Source of the DNA: Burkholderiaceae bacterium
GTDB taxonomy: Bacteria > Pseudomonadota > Gammaproteobacteria > Burkholderiales > Burkholderiaceae_C
DNA length: 64,000 bases
Assembly: GCA_024235895.1 (NCBI GenBank)
Contig: JACKLM010000009.1
Coordinates: 19,380-83,379 of the forward strand
Direction: 5' to 3'
The notes below the pieces were generated by a model that ran no database searches, was not told the DNA's origin, and worked only from the letters and a program-made list of their open reading frames with translations. Every line of letters starts with the position of its first letter. The first letter of the stretch is position 1. Position numbers and translations under genes: made by a program. Positions 10,881 through 21,496 of this stretch are shown one piece after another.

Positions 10881-11720
10881 TCAGTGGCGCTGCGCCGCGG
10901 CCATCTCGATCATGCGCCGTCGCTCGGCGCGTGCGATCAACCAGCTCGCGACGACGACGCCGACCGCGACGACGACGACGATGATCGTCGCCACCGCATT
11001 GACGCTGGGGTTCAGCCCCAGCCGCGCGCGCGAGAAGATCACCAGCGGCATCGTCGTCGACCCGGGGCCGGACAGGAAGGCGGCGATGACGACGTCGTCC
11101 AGCGAGATCGTGAAGGTCAGCAGCCAGGCCGAGACCAGCGATTGCGCGATCATCGGCAGCGTGACCAGCCAGAAGACCTGCGGCGGCCGCGCGCCCAGGT
11201 CCATCGCCGCCTCCTCGAGCTGCGGATTGAGGTCGCGCAGCCGGGCCTGGACGACGACCGTCGCGTAGGCCACGCCGAGCAGCAGGTGGCCGAACCAGAT
11301 CGTCATCAGCCCGCGCTCCGGGAAGCCGAAGGCACGTTGGATGCTCACCAGCATCAGCAGCAGCGACAGGCCGACGACGACCTCGGGCATCACCAGCGGC
11401 GCGCTGACCATGCCGGAGAACAGCGTGCGGCCGCGAAACCGCCGGTACTTGACGAGCGAGAACGCCGCCAGCGTGCCGAGCACGACCGAACCGCACGCGG
11501 TCAGGAACGCGATCTTCAGGCTCAGCCACAGCCCGGCGATGATCTCGTCGTCACCCAGCAGCTGCTGGTACCACTTGAGCGTGAAGCCACGCCACTGGGT
11601 CGGCACCGGCGAGTCGTTGAACGAGAAGACGACCAGCGCGACGATAGGCAGGTACAGGAAGACGAAGCCCGCGCCCAGCCAGCCGCGGGCGAACCACAGG
11701 TTGACGCGCGCCGCCCTCAC
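10881..11720 (-). CDS. potI: Putrescine ABC transporter permease PotI
   Basis: FLYLPIVALVVFSFN, EEAAMDLGA (EAA motif), SLDDVVI. GTG start overlaps the potH stop. Confidence 0.9.
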   Translation of the reverse strand: MRAARVNLWFARGWLGAGFVFLYLPIVALVVFSFNDSPVPTQWRGFTLKWYQQLLGDDEIIAGLWLSLKIAFLTACGSVVLGTLAAFSLVKYRRFRGRTLFSGMVSAPLVMPEVVVGLSLLLMLVSIQRAFGFPERGLMTIWFGHLLLGVAYATVVVQARLRDLNPQLEEAAMDLGARPPQVFWLVTLPMIAQSLVSAWLLTFTISLDDVVIAAFLSGPGSTTMPLVIFSRARLGLNPSVNAVATIIVVVVAVGVVVASWLIARAERRRMIEMAAAQRH

Positions 11721-12643
11721 CGCGCCGCCTCCTGGCTGGCCGCCTGCGCGCGGTTGAACAGCATCAGCGGCACGATGATCAGCAGCACCATCACCACGGC
11801 GACGCTGGAGGCCATCGGCCAGTCGTTGTTGGCGAAGAACTCGTCCCACAGGACGCGCCCGATCATCAGCGTCTCCGGGCCGCCGAGCAGCTCGGGGATG
11901 ACGTACTCGCCGACGCAGGGGATGAAGACCAGCATCGATCCAGCGACGATCCCGGCCCTGGACAGCGGTACGGTGACCTTCCAGAACGCGGTCCACGGCG
12001 ACGCGCCGAGGTCGGCCGCGGCCTCGAGCAGCCGCAGGTCGAGCTTGGCCAGGTTGCCGTACAGCGGCAGGATCATGAACGGCAGGTAGGTGTAGGTCAT
12101 GCCGAGCACGAGCGAGAACGGCGTGTGCATCAGCTTGCCGGGCGCCGGGATCAGCCCGAGCGCGTACAGCAGCTGGTCCAGCCCGCTGCCGACGATCAGC
12201 TCGGCAACCCAGCCGCCCTCGCTGAGCAGCCCCTTCCATGCGTATACGCGCAGCAGGAACGAGGTCCAGAACGGCAGCATCACCCCCATCAGCAGCGCCG
12301 GCTGCAACGACGGCCGCGCGCGTGCCATGAAGTAGGCGAACGGGTAGCCGATCAGCAGGCACAGCAGCGTGGCCAGGGCCGCGTAATGCAGGCTCGACAG
12401 GTAGGTGCGCAGGTACAGCGCATCCTCGAGGATGAACAGGTAGTTCGAGAACTTCAGGCTCAGCTGCAGGACGCCGTCCTCGAAGCGCAGCACGTCCTCG
12501 AATCCGACGAGCTCCATCTCGGAGACGCTGATCCTGAAGACGACCAGGAACGGCAGCAGGAAAAAGGCGAGCAGGAACAGGTAGGGCAGCCCGATGACGG
12601 GCCCGCGCCCGCCGAACCAGGTCTTCAGCCGTTGCAGCGTCAC
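11717..12643 (-). CDS. potH: Putrescine ABC transporter permease PotH
   Basis: LPFWTSFLLRVYAW, YLPFMILPLY, EAAADLGA, GEYVIPELLGG. Confidence 0.92.
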   Translation of the reverse strand: MTLQRLKTWFGGRGPVIGLPYLFLLAFFLLPFLVVFRISVSEMELVGFEDVLRFEDGVLQLSLKFSNYLFILEDALYLRTYLSSLHYAALATLLCLLIGYPFAYFMARARPSLQPALLMGVMLPFWTSFLLRVYAWKGLLSEGGWVAELIVGSGLDQLLYALGLIPAPGKLMHTPFSLVLGMTYTYLPFMILPLYGNLAKLDLRLLEAAADLGASPWTAFWKVTVPLSRAGIVAGSMLVFIPCVGEYVIPELLGGPETLMIGRVLWDEFFANNDWPMASSVAVVMVLLIIVPLMLFNRAQAASQEAAR

Positions 12644-12665
12644 CGTGCCGTCCCCCGCCTGCGCG

Positions 12666-13781
12666 TCACTGGGTCAGGACGATGTGCGCGGAGCGCGACC
12701 AGTGCGCCCAGACGCTGTCGCCCCAGGTCGGCTCGTGCTCGCGGTGGCGCTGCGTATTGGCCTGGCTGGCCTTGAGCAAGGCGCCGCTGGGAAGCTCCAG
12801 GTGGTAGACGGTGAAGCTGCCGAAGTACGACATCTCCTTGACCGTGCCCTGGACGGCGTTGAACTCGGTCTCCGCGGGTGCCCGGCGCGAGACGTGGATC
12901 TTCTCCGGCCGCAGCGCCACCGTCACCGCCATGCCTTCGCTGCCGCTGATGCCGTGGCCGACCCAGTGCCGGCAGTCGGCGCAGTCGACGACGACGTGGT
13001 CGGGCTCGTCGACCACCAGCTTGCCGTCCATCAGGTTGACGTTGCCGATGAAGTCGGCGACGAAGCGGCTGGTCGGCATCTCGTAGATCTCGGCCGGCGG
13101 CCCGACCTGCAACAGCCGGCCCTCGCTCATGATCGCGATGCGCGAGGCCATCGTCATGGCCTCCTCCTGGTCGTGCGTCACCATCACGCAGGTCACGCCG
13201 ACCTGCTCGACGATGTTGACGAGCTCGATCTGCGTCTCCTCGCGCAGCTTCTTGTCCAGCGCGCCCAGCGGCTCGTCGAGCAGCAGCAGCAGCGGCTGCT
13301 TGGCCAGCGACCGTGCCAGCGCGACGCGCTGCTGCTGGCCGCCCGAGAGCTGGTGCGGCTTGCGCCTGGCGAAGCGCTCGAGCTGCACCAGCTTGAGCAT
13401 GGCCTCGACCCGGCTGGCGACCTTGTCCTTCGACATTCCCTCGCGCCGCAGCCCGAACGCGATGTTGTCCCACACCGTCAGGTGCGGGAACAGCGCGTAA
13501 CTCTGGAACATCATGTTGATCGGGCGCTGGTACGGCGGCAGCCCGGCGAGGTCCTTGCCGTCGAGCAGGATCTGGCCGGCCGAGGGCTCCTCGAAGCCGG
13601 CGAGCATGCGCAGCAGCGTGCTCTTGCCGCAGCCCGACGAGCCGAGCAGCGCGAAGATCTCGCCGCGCGCGATGTCCAGGCTGACGCGGTCGACGGCCTT
13701 GAAGCCGTCGAAGTCCTTGACGACCTCGCGGATCTGCAGGAAGGCGCCGCCCGCGGCGGCGCCCGCGGCCGACGAGGTCAC
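12666..13781 (-). CDS. potG: Putrescine ABC transporter ATP-binding protein PotG
   Basis: GSSGCGKST (Walker A), LSGGQQQRVALAR, LLDEP, VTHDQEEA, C-terminal TOBE-like region. GTG start overlaps the potF stop. Confidence 0.92.
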   Translation of the reverse strand: MTSSAAGAAAGGAFLQIREVVKDFDGFKAVDRVSLDIARGEIFALLGSSGCGKSTLLRMLAGFEEPSAGQILLDGKDLAGLPPYQRPINMMFQSYALFPHLTVWDNIAFGLRREGMSKDKVASRVEAMLKLVQLERFARRKPHQLSGGQQQRVALARSLAKQPLLLLLDEPLGALDKKLREETQIELVNIVEQVGVTCVMVTHDQEEAMTMASRIAIMSEGRLLQVGPPAEIYEMPTSRFVADFIGNVNLMDGKLVVDEPDHVVVDCADCRHWVGHGISGSEGMAVTVALRPEKIHVSRRAPAETEFNAVQGTVKEMSYFGSFTVYHLELPSGALLKASQANTQRHREHEPTWGDSVWAHWSRSAHIVLTQ

Positions 13782-14884
13782 AGCCCGGTCTTGAACGCGG
13801 TGAAGGTGCGCGTCATCAGCCGGCGGATATCGTTGTTCAGCGAATCCGGCGGCACCATCCGCGCCATGTCCTCGGCCGACAGGAAGACGGTCGGGTTGCT
13901 CGCGACCGCGGGCTTGACGAAGGGCTTGGAGGCCGGCACCGGGTTGGCGTAGAAGACCTTGTTGGTCAGCCCGGCGTTGACCTCGGGCCGCAGGATGTAG
14001 TCGATGAACTTCATCGCGTTGCCGGGGCGCGGCGCGTCGGCCGGGATCACCATGACGTCGAAGAACAGCAGCCCGCCGCTCTTGGGGATCAGCGCCTGCA
14101 CCTCGTGCCCGGTCTTGCCGTCGATCGCGCGCTGGCGTGCGATGTTGATGTCGCCCGACCAGCCCATCGCGGCGCAGATCGACCCGTTGGCGAGGTCGTT
14201 GATGTAGCCCGACGAGCTGAACAGCGTCACGTGCGGACGCACCGAGCGCAGCAGGTTGGCCGCCGCGTTGTAGTCCGCGCGGTTCTTGCTGTACGCGGGC
14301 TTGCCCAGGTAGTGCAGCGCCGCCGGCATGACCTCGGTGGCCGAGTCGAGGAAGGACACGCCGCAGCTCTGCAGCTTGGCGACGATCTCGGGCTTGAACA
14401 GCAGGTCCCAGGCGTTGTCGGGCATCGGCGTGTCGCCGAGCGCGGCCTTGACCTTGGCGACGTTGATGCCCACGGTCGTGAAGCCCCACATCCACACGAC
14501 CATGTGCTCGTTGCCGGGGTCGATCTCGGCGAGCTGCTTCTGCAGCGCGGGATCGAGGTTCTTCAGGTTCGGGATCCTGGTCTTGTCCAGCGGCTGCAGC
14601 AGCCCGCCGTCGAGCTGCAGCTTGGCCCAGTTCGACGACGGCACGACGAGGTCGTAGCCCGACTTGCCGGCCACCAGCTTGGCGTGGACGATCTCGTTGT
14701 TGTCGAAGTTGTCGTAGCGGACCTTGATCCCCGTCTCCTTCTCGAAGTTGGCGATCGTGTCCTCGGCGATGTAGTCCGACCAGTTGTAGATGTTCAGGAT
14801 CTTCGGCTCCTCCTGGGCCTGGGCAACCGGTGCGGCCAGCGCCAGTGCGGCGGCCAGGGCGGCGAGGGCGGCGATCGGCTTCAT
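13778..14884 (-). CDS. potF: Putrescine-binding periplasmic protein PotF/SpuD
   Basis: Signal peptide, LNIYNWSDYIA, YDNFDNNE, SGYDLVVPS, GWSGD. Confidence 0.93.
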   Translation of the reverse strand: MKPIAALAALAAALALAAPVAQAQEEPKILNIYNWSDYIAEDTIANFEKETGIKVRYDNFDNNEIVHAKLVAGKSGYDLVVPSSNWAKLQLDGGLLQPLDKTRIPNLKNLDPALQKQLAEIDPGNEHMVVWMWGFTTVGINVAKVKAALGDTPMPDNAWDLLFKPEIVAKLQSCGVSFLDSATEVMPAALHYLGKPAYSKNRADYNAAANLLRSVRPHVTLFSSSGYINDLANGSICAAMGWSGDINIARQRAIDGKTGHEVQALIPKSGGLLFFDVMVIPADAPRPGNAMKFIDYILRPEVNAGLTNKVFYANPVPASKPFVKPAVASNPTVFLSAEDMARMVPPDSLNNDIRRLMTRTFTAFKTGL

Positions 14885-14947
14885 GCGGGGTCCTCCAGCG
14901 AAGGGGATGGGTCGGGGGCAGGGCAGGGATGCGTCGAGCGCGGGAGT

Positions 14948-16342
14948 CTAAGACAGCCAGCCCTGGCGGCTGGCGTCGTCCAGGGTCAGGTCCAGGCAGC
15001 GCCGGATCAGCGCGACCATCTCGTCGAGCTGCGCCGTGGTCATGACCAGCGGCGGGGCGACGATCATGCGGTCGCCCACCGCGCGCATGATCAGCCCCTC
15101 GCGGAAGCAGTGGCCGCGGCAGACCATGCCGACCTCGAGCTCGGCCGGGAACGCGGTGCCGCGCGCCTTGTCCTGGACGAGCTGCAGCGCACCCATCATC
15201 CCGCAGGTCTGCACGTCGCCGACCAGCGGGTGCTCGCGCAGCGCGTCGAACGCGCCCGCCAGCCGCGGGCCGATCACGTCGCGCACGTGCTCGACCAGCC
15301 CGAGATCGCGGACGAGCCGGATGTTGGCCAGCCCGACCGCGCAGGCCACCGGGTGGCCCGAGTAGGTGTAGCCGTGGTTGAACTCGCCGCCGCGCTCGAT
15401 CAGCACGCGCGCGACGCGCTCGCCGACCATCACCCCGCCCAGCGGGATGTAGCCGCTGGTGACGCCCTTGGCGAAGGTCATCAGGTCGGGCCGGAAACCC
15501 ATGGTCTCGCAGCCGAACCAGTGGCCGGTGCGGCCGAAACCGCAGATGACCTCGTCGCTGACGAGCAGGATCCCGTACCGGTCGCAGATGCGCTGGATCT
15601 CGGGCCAGTAGGTCGCCGGCGGCACGATGACGCCGCCGGCGCCCTGGACCGGCTCGCCGATGAAGGCGGCGACCTTGTCGGGGCCGACCTGCAGGATCAT
15701 CGCCTCGAGCCAGCGCGCCGCCTCGACGCCGAAGTCCTCGGGGCTCATGCCCTGGCCGAGCTCGCGCCAGTGCGGCTGCTCGATGTGGACGATGCCGGGG
15801 ATCGGCAGCCCGCCCTGCGCGTGCATCGCCGCCATCCCGCCCAGTGACGCGCCGGCCATCGTCGAGCCGTGGTAGGCGTTGCGCCGGCTGACGATGACCT
15901 GGCGTTCGGGCTGCCCCATCAGGTCCCAGTAGCGGCGCACCATGCGCACGATGGTGTCGTTGCCCTCCGACCCCGACCCGGTGAAGAAGACATGCCTGAA
16001 CTGCGGCGGCGTGACCTCGGCCAGCAGCTCGGCCAGCTCGATCGCCGGCGGTGTCGCGGTCTGGAAGAAGGCGTTGTAGAAGGGCAGCTCGTGCAGTTGC
16101 CGGGTCGCGGCGTCGATCAGCGGCTGCTGGCCGTAGCCGACGTTGACGCACCACAGGCCGGACATCGCGTCCAGGATGCGCTGGCCCTCGCTGTCCCACA
16201 GGTAGATGCCCTCGGCGCGCGTGATCACGCGCGCGCCCTTCTTCGCCAGCGCGTCGAAGTCGGTGAAGGGGTGCAGGAAGTGCGCGGCGTCCAGCGCCTG
16301 CCAGTCGGCGGTGCTGCGGGTTCGGGGCGGCCTGGTGTTCAT
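14948..16342 (-). CDS. spuC: Class III PLP aminotransferase, SpuC-like (putrescine:pyruvate aminotransferase)
   Basis: HFLHPFTD, DAMSGLWCVNVGYG, GEPVQGAGGVIVPP, DEVICGFGRTG, AKGVTSGY, HGYTYSGHP. Confidence 0.85.
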   Translation of the reverse strand: MNTRPPRTRSTADWQALDAAHFLHPFTDFDALAKKGARVITRAEGIYLWDSEGQRILDAMSGLWCVNVGYGQQPLIDAATRQLHELPFYNAFFQTATPPAIELAELLAEVTPPQFRHVFFTGSGSEGNDTIVRMVRRYWDLMGQPERQVIVSRRNAYHGSTMAGASLGGMAAMHAQGGLPIPGIVHIEQPHWRELGQGMSPEDFGVEAARWLEAMILQVGPDKVAAFIGEPVQGAGGVIVPPATYWPEIQRICDRYGILLVSDEVICGFGRTGHWFGCETMGFRPDLMTFAKGVTSGYIPLGGVMVGERVARVLIERGGEFNHGYTYSGHPVACAVGLANIRLVRDLGLVEHVRDVIGPRLAGAFDALREHPLVGDVQTCGMMGALQLVQDKARGTAFPAELEVGMVCRGHCFREGLIMRAVGDRMIVAPPLVMTTAQLDEMVALIRRCLDLTLDDASRQGWLS

Positions 16343-16474
16343 GCGGGGATTCCTCGAGGTGACCGATGACGGACGATGGAGGGGCGACGGGGGTTGCCGG
16401 GCTGCGAGCGTCGCCGGCCGCCGTCGGCCCTGCGGGCGCGGCGAGCCTTCATCGGCCATCGCACCGCGGGAGCG

Positions 16475-17842
16475 TCATACATGCAGCAGCAGGTGCTCGC
16501 GCTCCCAGGGCGAGATCACCTTCATGAACTCGGCGTACTCGACCTCCTTGATCTCGGTGTAGACGGTGACGAAGCTCTCGCCGAGCACGGCGGCGAGCTC
16601 GCGCTCGCCGCGCAGCAGCGCCAGCGCCTCGCCCAGGCTGCGCGGGAGCTGGTAGTCGCCGAGGTAGGCGTCGCCCTTGCACTCGGGGCTGGGGTCGATG
16701 CGGTGCTTCAGCCCGAGGTAGCCACAGGCCAGGGTGGCGGCCAGCGCGACGTAGGGGTTGGCGTCGGCGCCGATGACGCGGTTCTCCACCCGGCGCGCCG
16801 CCGGTGGCGCCACCGGGCTGCGGATGCCGACCGTGCGGTTGTCGCTGCCCCACTGGATGTTGATCGGCGCGGCCGTGTAGCGCGCCAGCCGCCGGTAGCT
16901 GTTGACGTAGGGAGCGAACAGCGCCATGCACGCCGGGATGTAGCGCTGCAGCCCGCCGATGAACCAGTGGAACTCGGCACTCGGCGAGCCGTCCTCGTTG
17001 CTGAACAGGTTGCGCCCGTCGGACTTGCGGATCACGCTCTGGTGCACGTGCATCGAGCTGCCGGGCTCGCCGGCGATCGGCTTGGCCATGAAGGTCGCGT
17101 ACATGTCGTGCCGCAGCGCGGCCTCGCGCAGCGTGCGCTTGAACAGGAAGACCTCGTCGGCCAGCCCCAGCGGGTGGGCGTGGAAGAAGTTGATCTCCAT
17201 CTGGCCCGCGCCGATCTCGTGGATCAGCGTGTCGACGTTGAGCTCCATGCGGTCGCACCAGTCGTAGACGTCCTCGAACAGCGGGTCGAACTCGTTGACG
17301 GCGTCGATCGAATAGGCCTGGCGCGAGGTCTCGCTGCGCCCGCTGCGGCCGACGGGGGGCTTGAGCGGCACGTCGGGATCGGCGTTGCGCGCGACCAGGT
17401 AGAACTCGATCTCCGGGGCGACCACGGGCTCGAGCCCGTCGGCCTCGTACAGCTCGCACACCCGGCGCAGCACCGAGCGCGGCGCGTACGGGATCAGCCC
17501 GCCGGCGCGGTCGTAGCAGTCGTGGATGACCTGCGCGGTCGGGTCGGCGGCCCAGGGCACGATGCGCACCGTGCTCGGGTCCGGGCGCAGGTGCATGTCG
17601 TGATCGGTCGGGCTGATGATGTCGAAGTACGGCCCCTCCTCGGGGAAGACCCCGGTCACGCCCATCGCGACGACGAGTTCCGGCAGCCGCATGCCGCGGT
17701 CCTCGGTGAACTTCTCGCGCGGCAGGATCTTGCCGCGTGCGACGCCGGTGAGGTCGGGCACCAGGCATTCGATCTCGGTCACGCCCTTGTCGTCGAGCCA
17801 CTGCTCGAGCTGGTTGAAGGACATCGCTTCGCGGGGGGTCAT
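16475..17842 (-). CDS. puuA: Glutamine synthetase-family gamma-glutamylpolyamine synthetase (PuuA/PauA type)
   Basis: DLTGVARGK, APEIEFYL, HEIGAGQMEINF, FMAKP, SSMHVHQS, RRVENR, ANPY. Polyamine gene context. Confidence 0.88.
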   Translation of the reverse strand: MTPREAMSFNQLEQWLDDKGVTEIECLVPDLTGVARGKILPREKFTEDRGMRLPELVVAMGVTGVFPEEGPYFDIISPTDHDMHLRPDPSTVRIVPWAADPTAQVIHDCYDRAGGLIPYAPRSVLRRVCELYEADGLEPVVAPEIEFYLVARNADPDVPLKPPVGRSGRSETSRQAYSIDAVNEFDPLFEDVYDWCDRMELNVDTLIHEIGAGQMEINFFHAHPLGLADEVFLFKRTLREAALRHDMYATFMAKPIAGEPGSSMHVHQSVIRKSDGRNLFSNEDGSPSAEFHWFIGGLQRYIPACMALFAPYVNSYRRLARYTAAPINIQWGSDNRTVGIRSPVAPPAARRVENRVIGADANPYVALAATLACGYLGLKHRIDPSPECKGDAYLGDYQLPRSLGEALALLRGERELAAVLGESFVTVYTEIKEVEYAEFMKVISPWEREHLLLHV

Positions 17843-17900
17843 GGGGGGCTCGCAATCGGGAGGGTTCGGGGCTCGGAGGGCGTCGGGGCGGCGACGGCCC

Positions 17901-18761
17901 CTAACCCTCGGGCGGCGCGCGCCGCCGCGTGCATTGCCAGTCCCGCAGCGCGGACCCGAAGGCGCCGAACAGCTTCATCGACACCGGGTTGTCGGCGGCC
18001 CGCCACTCGGGGTGCCACTGCACGCACAGGTTGAACCCGGGTGCATCGGGCGCACTGAAAGCCTCGACGACGCCGTCGGGCGCGTGGGCCTCGGCACGCA
18101 GCCCGGGCGCCAGCCTGGCCACCGCCTGCCCGTGCAGCGAGTTGACCGTGATCGGCCCGTCGCCGACGATGCGCGCCAGCAACCCGCCGGCCACCGTCCG
18201 GATCGTGTGCGCCGGGCCGTACTGGACCTCGATCGGATCGTCGTCGTCGGCCCGATGGTCGTGGTGGCGCCCCGCGGGCCCGTCGACCTCGTGCACCGCC
18301 TGGTGCAGCGTGCCGCCGAGCGCGACGTTGACCTCTTGCGCGCCGCGGCAGATCGCCAGCGTCGGCATGCCCCGCGCCAGCACGCGCCGCACCAGCGGCA
18401 GCGTCCAGTCGTCGCGCTCCGGGTCCAGCGGCAAGGACGCGTCGCGCACCGGCTCGCCGAAGTGCCGTGGATGGACGTTGGACGGCGAGCCGGTCAGCAG
18501 CACCCCGTCGGCCAGCGCGAGCCAGTCGTCGAGTTCGTCCGGCCCGGCGTGCGGAACCACCAGCGGCAACGCGCCGGCCAGCCGCACGGCGTCGACGTAC
18601 TTGCGGCCGACGACGTGGAACGGGTGCCCGCCGAGGACGCGGTTGCACGCCGGTACGAGCACGACCGGCCTCGAAGGCCCGCTCCGCGCCGAATGCGCCG
18701 CGGCACCGGCGAGGTCGCCCGGGGCCGGGGATGCGGGCTGCTCGTTCATCGCCGCGATCAT
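17901..18761 (-). CDS. puuD: Gamma-glutamyl-gamma-aminobutyrate hydrolase (peptidase C26, PuuD type)
   Basis: LLTGSPSNVHP, LAICRGAQE, VNSLHGQ, VQWHPEW. Start at 18761 (ATGA overlap with puuB) or 18749. Confidence 0.9.
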   Translation of the reverse strand: MIAAMNEQPASPAPGDLAGAAAHSARSGPSRPVVLVPACNRVLGGHPFHVVGRKYVDAVRLAGALPLVVPHAGPDELDDWLALADGVLLTGSPSNVHPRHFGEPVRDASLPLDPERDDWTLPLVRRVLARGMPTLAICRGAQEVNVALGGTLHQAVHEVDGPAGRHHDHRADDDDPIEVQYGPAHTIRTVAGGLLARIVGDGPITVNSLHGQAVARLAPGLRAEAHAPDGVVEAFSAPDAPGFNLCVQWHPEWRAADNPVSMKLFGAFGSALRDWQCTRRRAPPEG

Positions 18762-20071
18762 CCCAGCAAGTCGCGCATGCGGTACCAGGCCATCCCCAGC
18801 ACCAGCGCCGGTGTGCGCAGCCTCGGCCCGCCCGGGAAGGGCCGGTGCTTCAGCCGCGCGAACAGGTCGAAGCGGCCGGCGTCGCCGGCGACCGCCTCCG
18901 CCGCGATCCGCCCGGCCAGGCCCGTGAGCGCCAAGCCATGGCCCGAGAATCCCTGCAGGTACAGGACGTTGGGTGCGTCCGGCAGGCGGCCGAAGTCGGG
19001 GGCGCGGTTCATCGTGATGTCGACGAAGCCGCCCCAGGCGTGCTCGATCGGCACGCCGGCCAGCTGGGGGAAGCTCAGCAGCATGCGCCGGCGCATGCGA
19101 TCGGCCAGCCGCGCCGGCGTCACCGTCGAGTAGCTGACGCGCCCGCCGTACAGCAGCCGGTCGTCGCCGGTGAGGCGGAAGTAGTCGAGCACGAAGTTGG
19201 TGTCGCAGACCGCCGCGCGCGACGGGATCAGCGCGCTCGCCGTCTCGCGGCCCAGCGGCGCGCTGCAGGCGATGTAGGTGCCGACCGGCATCACGCGCGG
19301 CGCCAGCGCCGGCGCCAGCGACGCGCCGTCGTCGTGCAGGTAGACGTTCCCCGCGAGCAGGACATGGCGCGCGCGCACGCTGCCCCGCGGGGTGCGAAGC
19401 CGCGCCGGCGGGCCGGCGTCCAGCGCGATGGCCGGCGTGCCCTCGTGGAGGCGCACCCCCGCGGCTGCGGCCGCTCGCGCCAGCCCGAGCGTGTACTTGA
19501 GCGGATGCAGGTGGCCCGAGCGCGGGTCGTGCACGCCGCTGTGGAAGCGCCGGCTGGCGATCCAGTGGCCGATCTCGGCCGCGCCGATGCGTCCCAGCGG
19601 GTAGCCGTAGACGCGCTCGATGCGGTCGGCCCATCCGGCGAGCTCGCGCCCCTTGCGCGCGTTCGTCGCCAGGCCGAGGTAGCCGTCCTGCCATTCGCAG
19701 TCGATCGCGTGGCGCGCGATGCGATCGCGCATCAGGTCCAGCGCCTCGATCGTCATGTCCCACACCCGGCGCGCGTCGGCGGTGCCGAGCTGCGCCTCGA
19801 CCACCGACTGGTCGCAGGCCAGCCCGTGGATGGCCTGCCCGCCGTTGCGCCCGCTGGCGCCGAAGCCCAGTGTCTGCGCCTCCAGCAGCACGACGTCCAG
19901 CCCGCGCTCGGCCAGCTCCAGCGCCGCCGAAAGCCCCGCCAGCCCGCCGCCGACGACGCCGACGTCGGCGCGTGCCTCGCCCTGCAGCGGCGGATGGGCG
20001 GGGCCGCGCGGCGCGGTGGCCGCGTAGTACGAATCCCGGGTCAGCTCGCGGTCGGTATCCAGCAGCGGCAT
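18758..20071 (-). CDS. puuB: FAD-dependent oxidoreductase, gamma-glutamylputrescine oxidase type
   Basis: SYYAAT, VVGGGLAGLS (FAD binding), GASGRNGGQ, LHPLKY, QGFSGHG. Confidence 0.88.
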   Translation of the reverse strand: MPLLDTDRELTRDSYYAATAPRGPAHPPLQGEARADVGVVGGGLAGLSAALELAERGLDVVLLEAQTLGFGASGRNGGQAIHGLACDQSVVEAQLGTADARRVWDMTIEALDLMRDRIARHAIDCEWQDGYLGLATNARKGRELAGWADRIERVYGYPLGRIGAAEIGHWIASRRFHSGVHDPRSGHLHPLKYTLGLARAAAAAGVRLHEGTPAIALDAGPPARLRTPRGSVRARHVLLAGNVYLHDDGASLAPALAPRVMPVGTYIACSAPLGRETASALIPSRAAVCDTNFVLDYFRLTGDDRLLYGGRVSYSTVTPARLADRMRRRMLLSFPQLAGVPIEHAWGGFVDITMNRAPDFGRLPDAPNVLYLQGFSGHGLALTGLAGRIAAEAVAGDAGRFDLFARLKHRPFPGGPRLRTPALVLGMAWYRMRDLLG

Positions 20072-20188
20072 TCGGCGTGGGGCGCGGCGCCTCGGCGCGC
20101 GCGGTGGGCCTGCGGTGAGGGGCGGCGCGTTCGCGGGTCGCCGGGGTGGAATCGGGGGCGCGCAGGGCTTGGGGACGACCGGGTGCGG

Positions 20189-21496
20189 TCAGGCTGCGCG
20201 CCGCAGCGCCTCGCGCAGCGTCTGGACGAGCTGGTCGATCTGCGCGCGCTCGATGATCAGCGGCGGCGACATCGCCACCGTATCGCCGGTCGTGCGCAGC
20301 ATGACGCCGTGCTGCCAGCAGTCGAGGAAGACGCCGAAGGCGCGCTTGGTCGGCTCGCCGGGGATCGGGGCCAGCTCGACGCCGCCGACCAGGCCGATGT
20401 TGCGCACGTCGACCACGTGCGGCTCGCCGCGCAGCGCGTGCAGCTGCTCGGCCCAGTAGCCCTGCAGCGACTGCGCGCGCGTCAGCAGCCCCTCGTCGGC
20501 GTAGGTGTCCAGCGTGCCGAGCGCCGCGGCGCAGGCCAGCGGGTGCGCCGAGTAGGTGTAGCCGTGGAAGAACTCGATCAGGTTCTCCGGCCCGGTCATG
20601 AAGGTCTCGTGGATCGCGTCGCGAACGAGCACCGCCCCCATCGGCACGCTGCCGTTGGTCAGCCCCTTGGCCAGCGTCATCAGGTCCGGCGTGACGCCGA
20701 AGGTCTGGGCGCCGAAGGGGTTGCCGGTGCGGCCGAAGCCGGTGATGACCTCGTCGAAGATCAGCAGGATGCCGTGGCGGTCGCAGATCTCGCGCAGCCG
20801 TTGCAGATAACCCTGCGGCGGCACCAGCACGCCGGTCGAGCCGGCCACCGGCTCGACGATGACGGCGGCGATGGTCGACGGGTCGTGCAGTGCGCAAAGC
20901 CGCTCCAGGTCGTCGGCGAACTCCGCACCGTGCGCCGGCTGGCCGACGCTGAAGGCGTTGCGTGCCGGGTCGTGCGTGTGGCGGATGTGGTCGACGCCGG
21001 CCAGCAGCGCACCGAAGTGCTTGCGGTTGGCGACCATGCCGCCGACCGCGATGCCACCGAAGTTGACCCCGTGGTAGCCGCGCTCGCGGCCGATCAGCCG
21101 CGTGCGCTGGCCCTCGCCGCGCGCGCGGTGGTAGGCCAGCGCGATCTTCAGCGCGGTCTCGACCGACTCGGACCCGGAGTTGGTGAAGAAGACCTTGCCC
21201 ATGCCGGCCGGCGCGATCGCGGCCAGCCGCTCGGCGAGCTCGAAGGCCTTGGGGTGGCCCATCTGGAACGGCGGCGCGTAGTCGAGCTCGGCCGCCTGCG
21301 CCTGGATCGCCTGCACGATCTTCGGCCGGCCATGGCCGGCATTGACGCACCACAACCCGGCCACGCCGTCGAGGATCTGGCGACCGTCCGCGTCCCAGTA
21401 GTGCATGCCTTCGGCACGCACCAGCATGCGCGGCGCCTTCTTGAACTGGCGGTTGGCGGTGAAGGGCATCCAGAAGGCGTCGAGATTCCTGGCCAT
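20189..21496 (-). CDS. Omega-amino acid:pyruvate aminotransferase (beta-alanine-pyruvate transaminase type)
   Basis: LDAFWMPFTANRQFK, DGVAGLWC, EPVAGSTG, DEVITGFGR, AKGLTNG, HGYTYSAHP. Start at 21496. Confidence 0.9.
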   Translation of the reverse strand: MARNLDAFWMPFTANRQFKKAPRMLVRAEGMHYWDADGRQILDGVAGLWCVNAGHGRPKIVQAIQAQAAELDYAPPFQMGHPKAFELAERLAAIAPAGMGKVFFTNSGSESVETALKIALAYHRARGEGQRTRLIGRERGYHGVNFGGIAVGGMVANRKHFGALLAGVDHIRHTHDPARNAFSVGQPAHGAEFADDLERLCALHDPSTIAAVIVEPVAGSTGVLVPPQGYLQRLREICDRHGILLIFDEVITGFGRTGNPFGAQTFGVTPDLMTLAKGLTNGSVPMGAVLVRDAIHETFMTGPENLIEFFHGYTYSAHPLACAAALGTLDTYADEGLLTRAQSLQGYWAEQLHALRGEPHVVDVRNIGLVGGVELAPIPGEPTKRAFGVFLDCWQHGVMLRTTGDTVAMSPPLIIERAQIDQLVQTLREALRRAA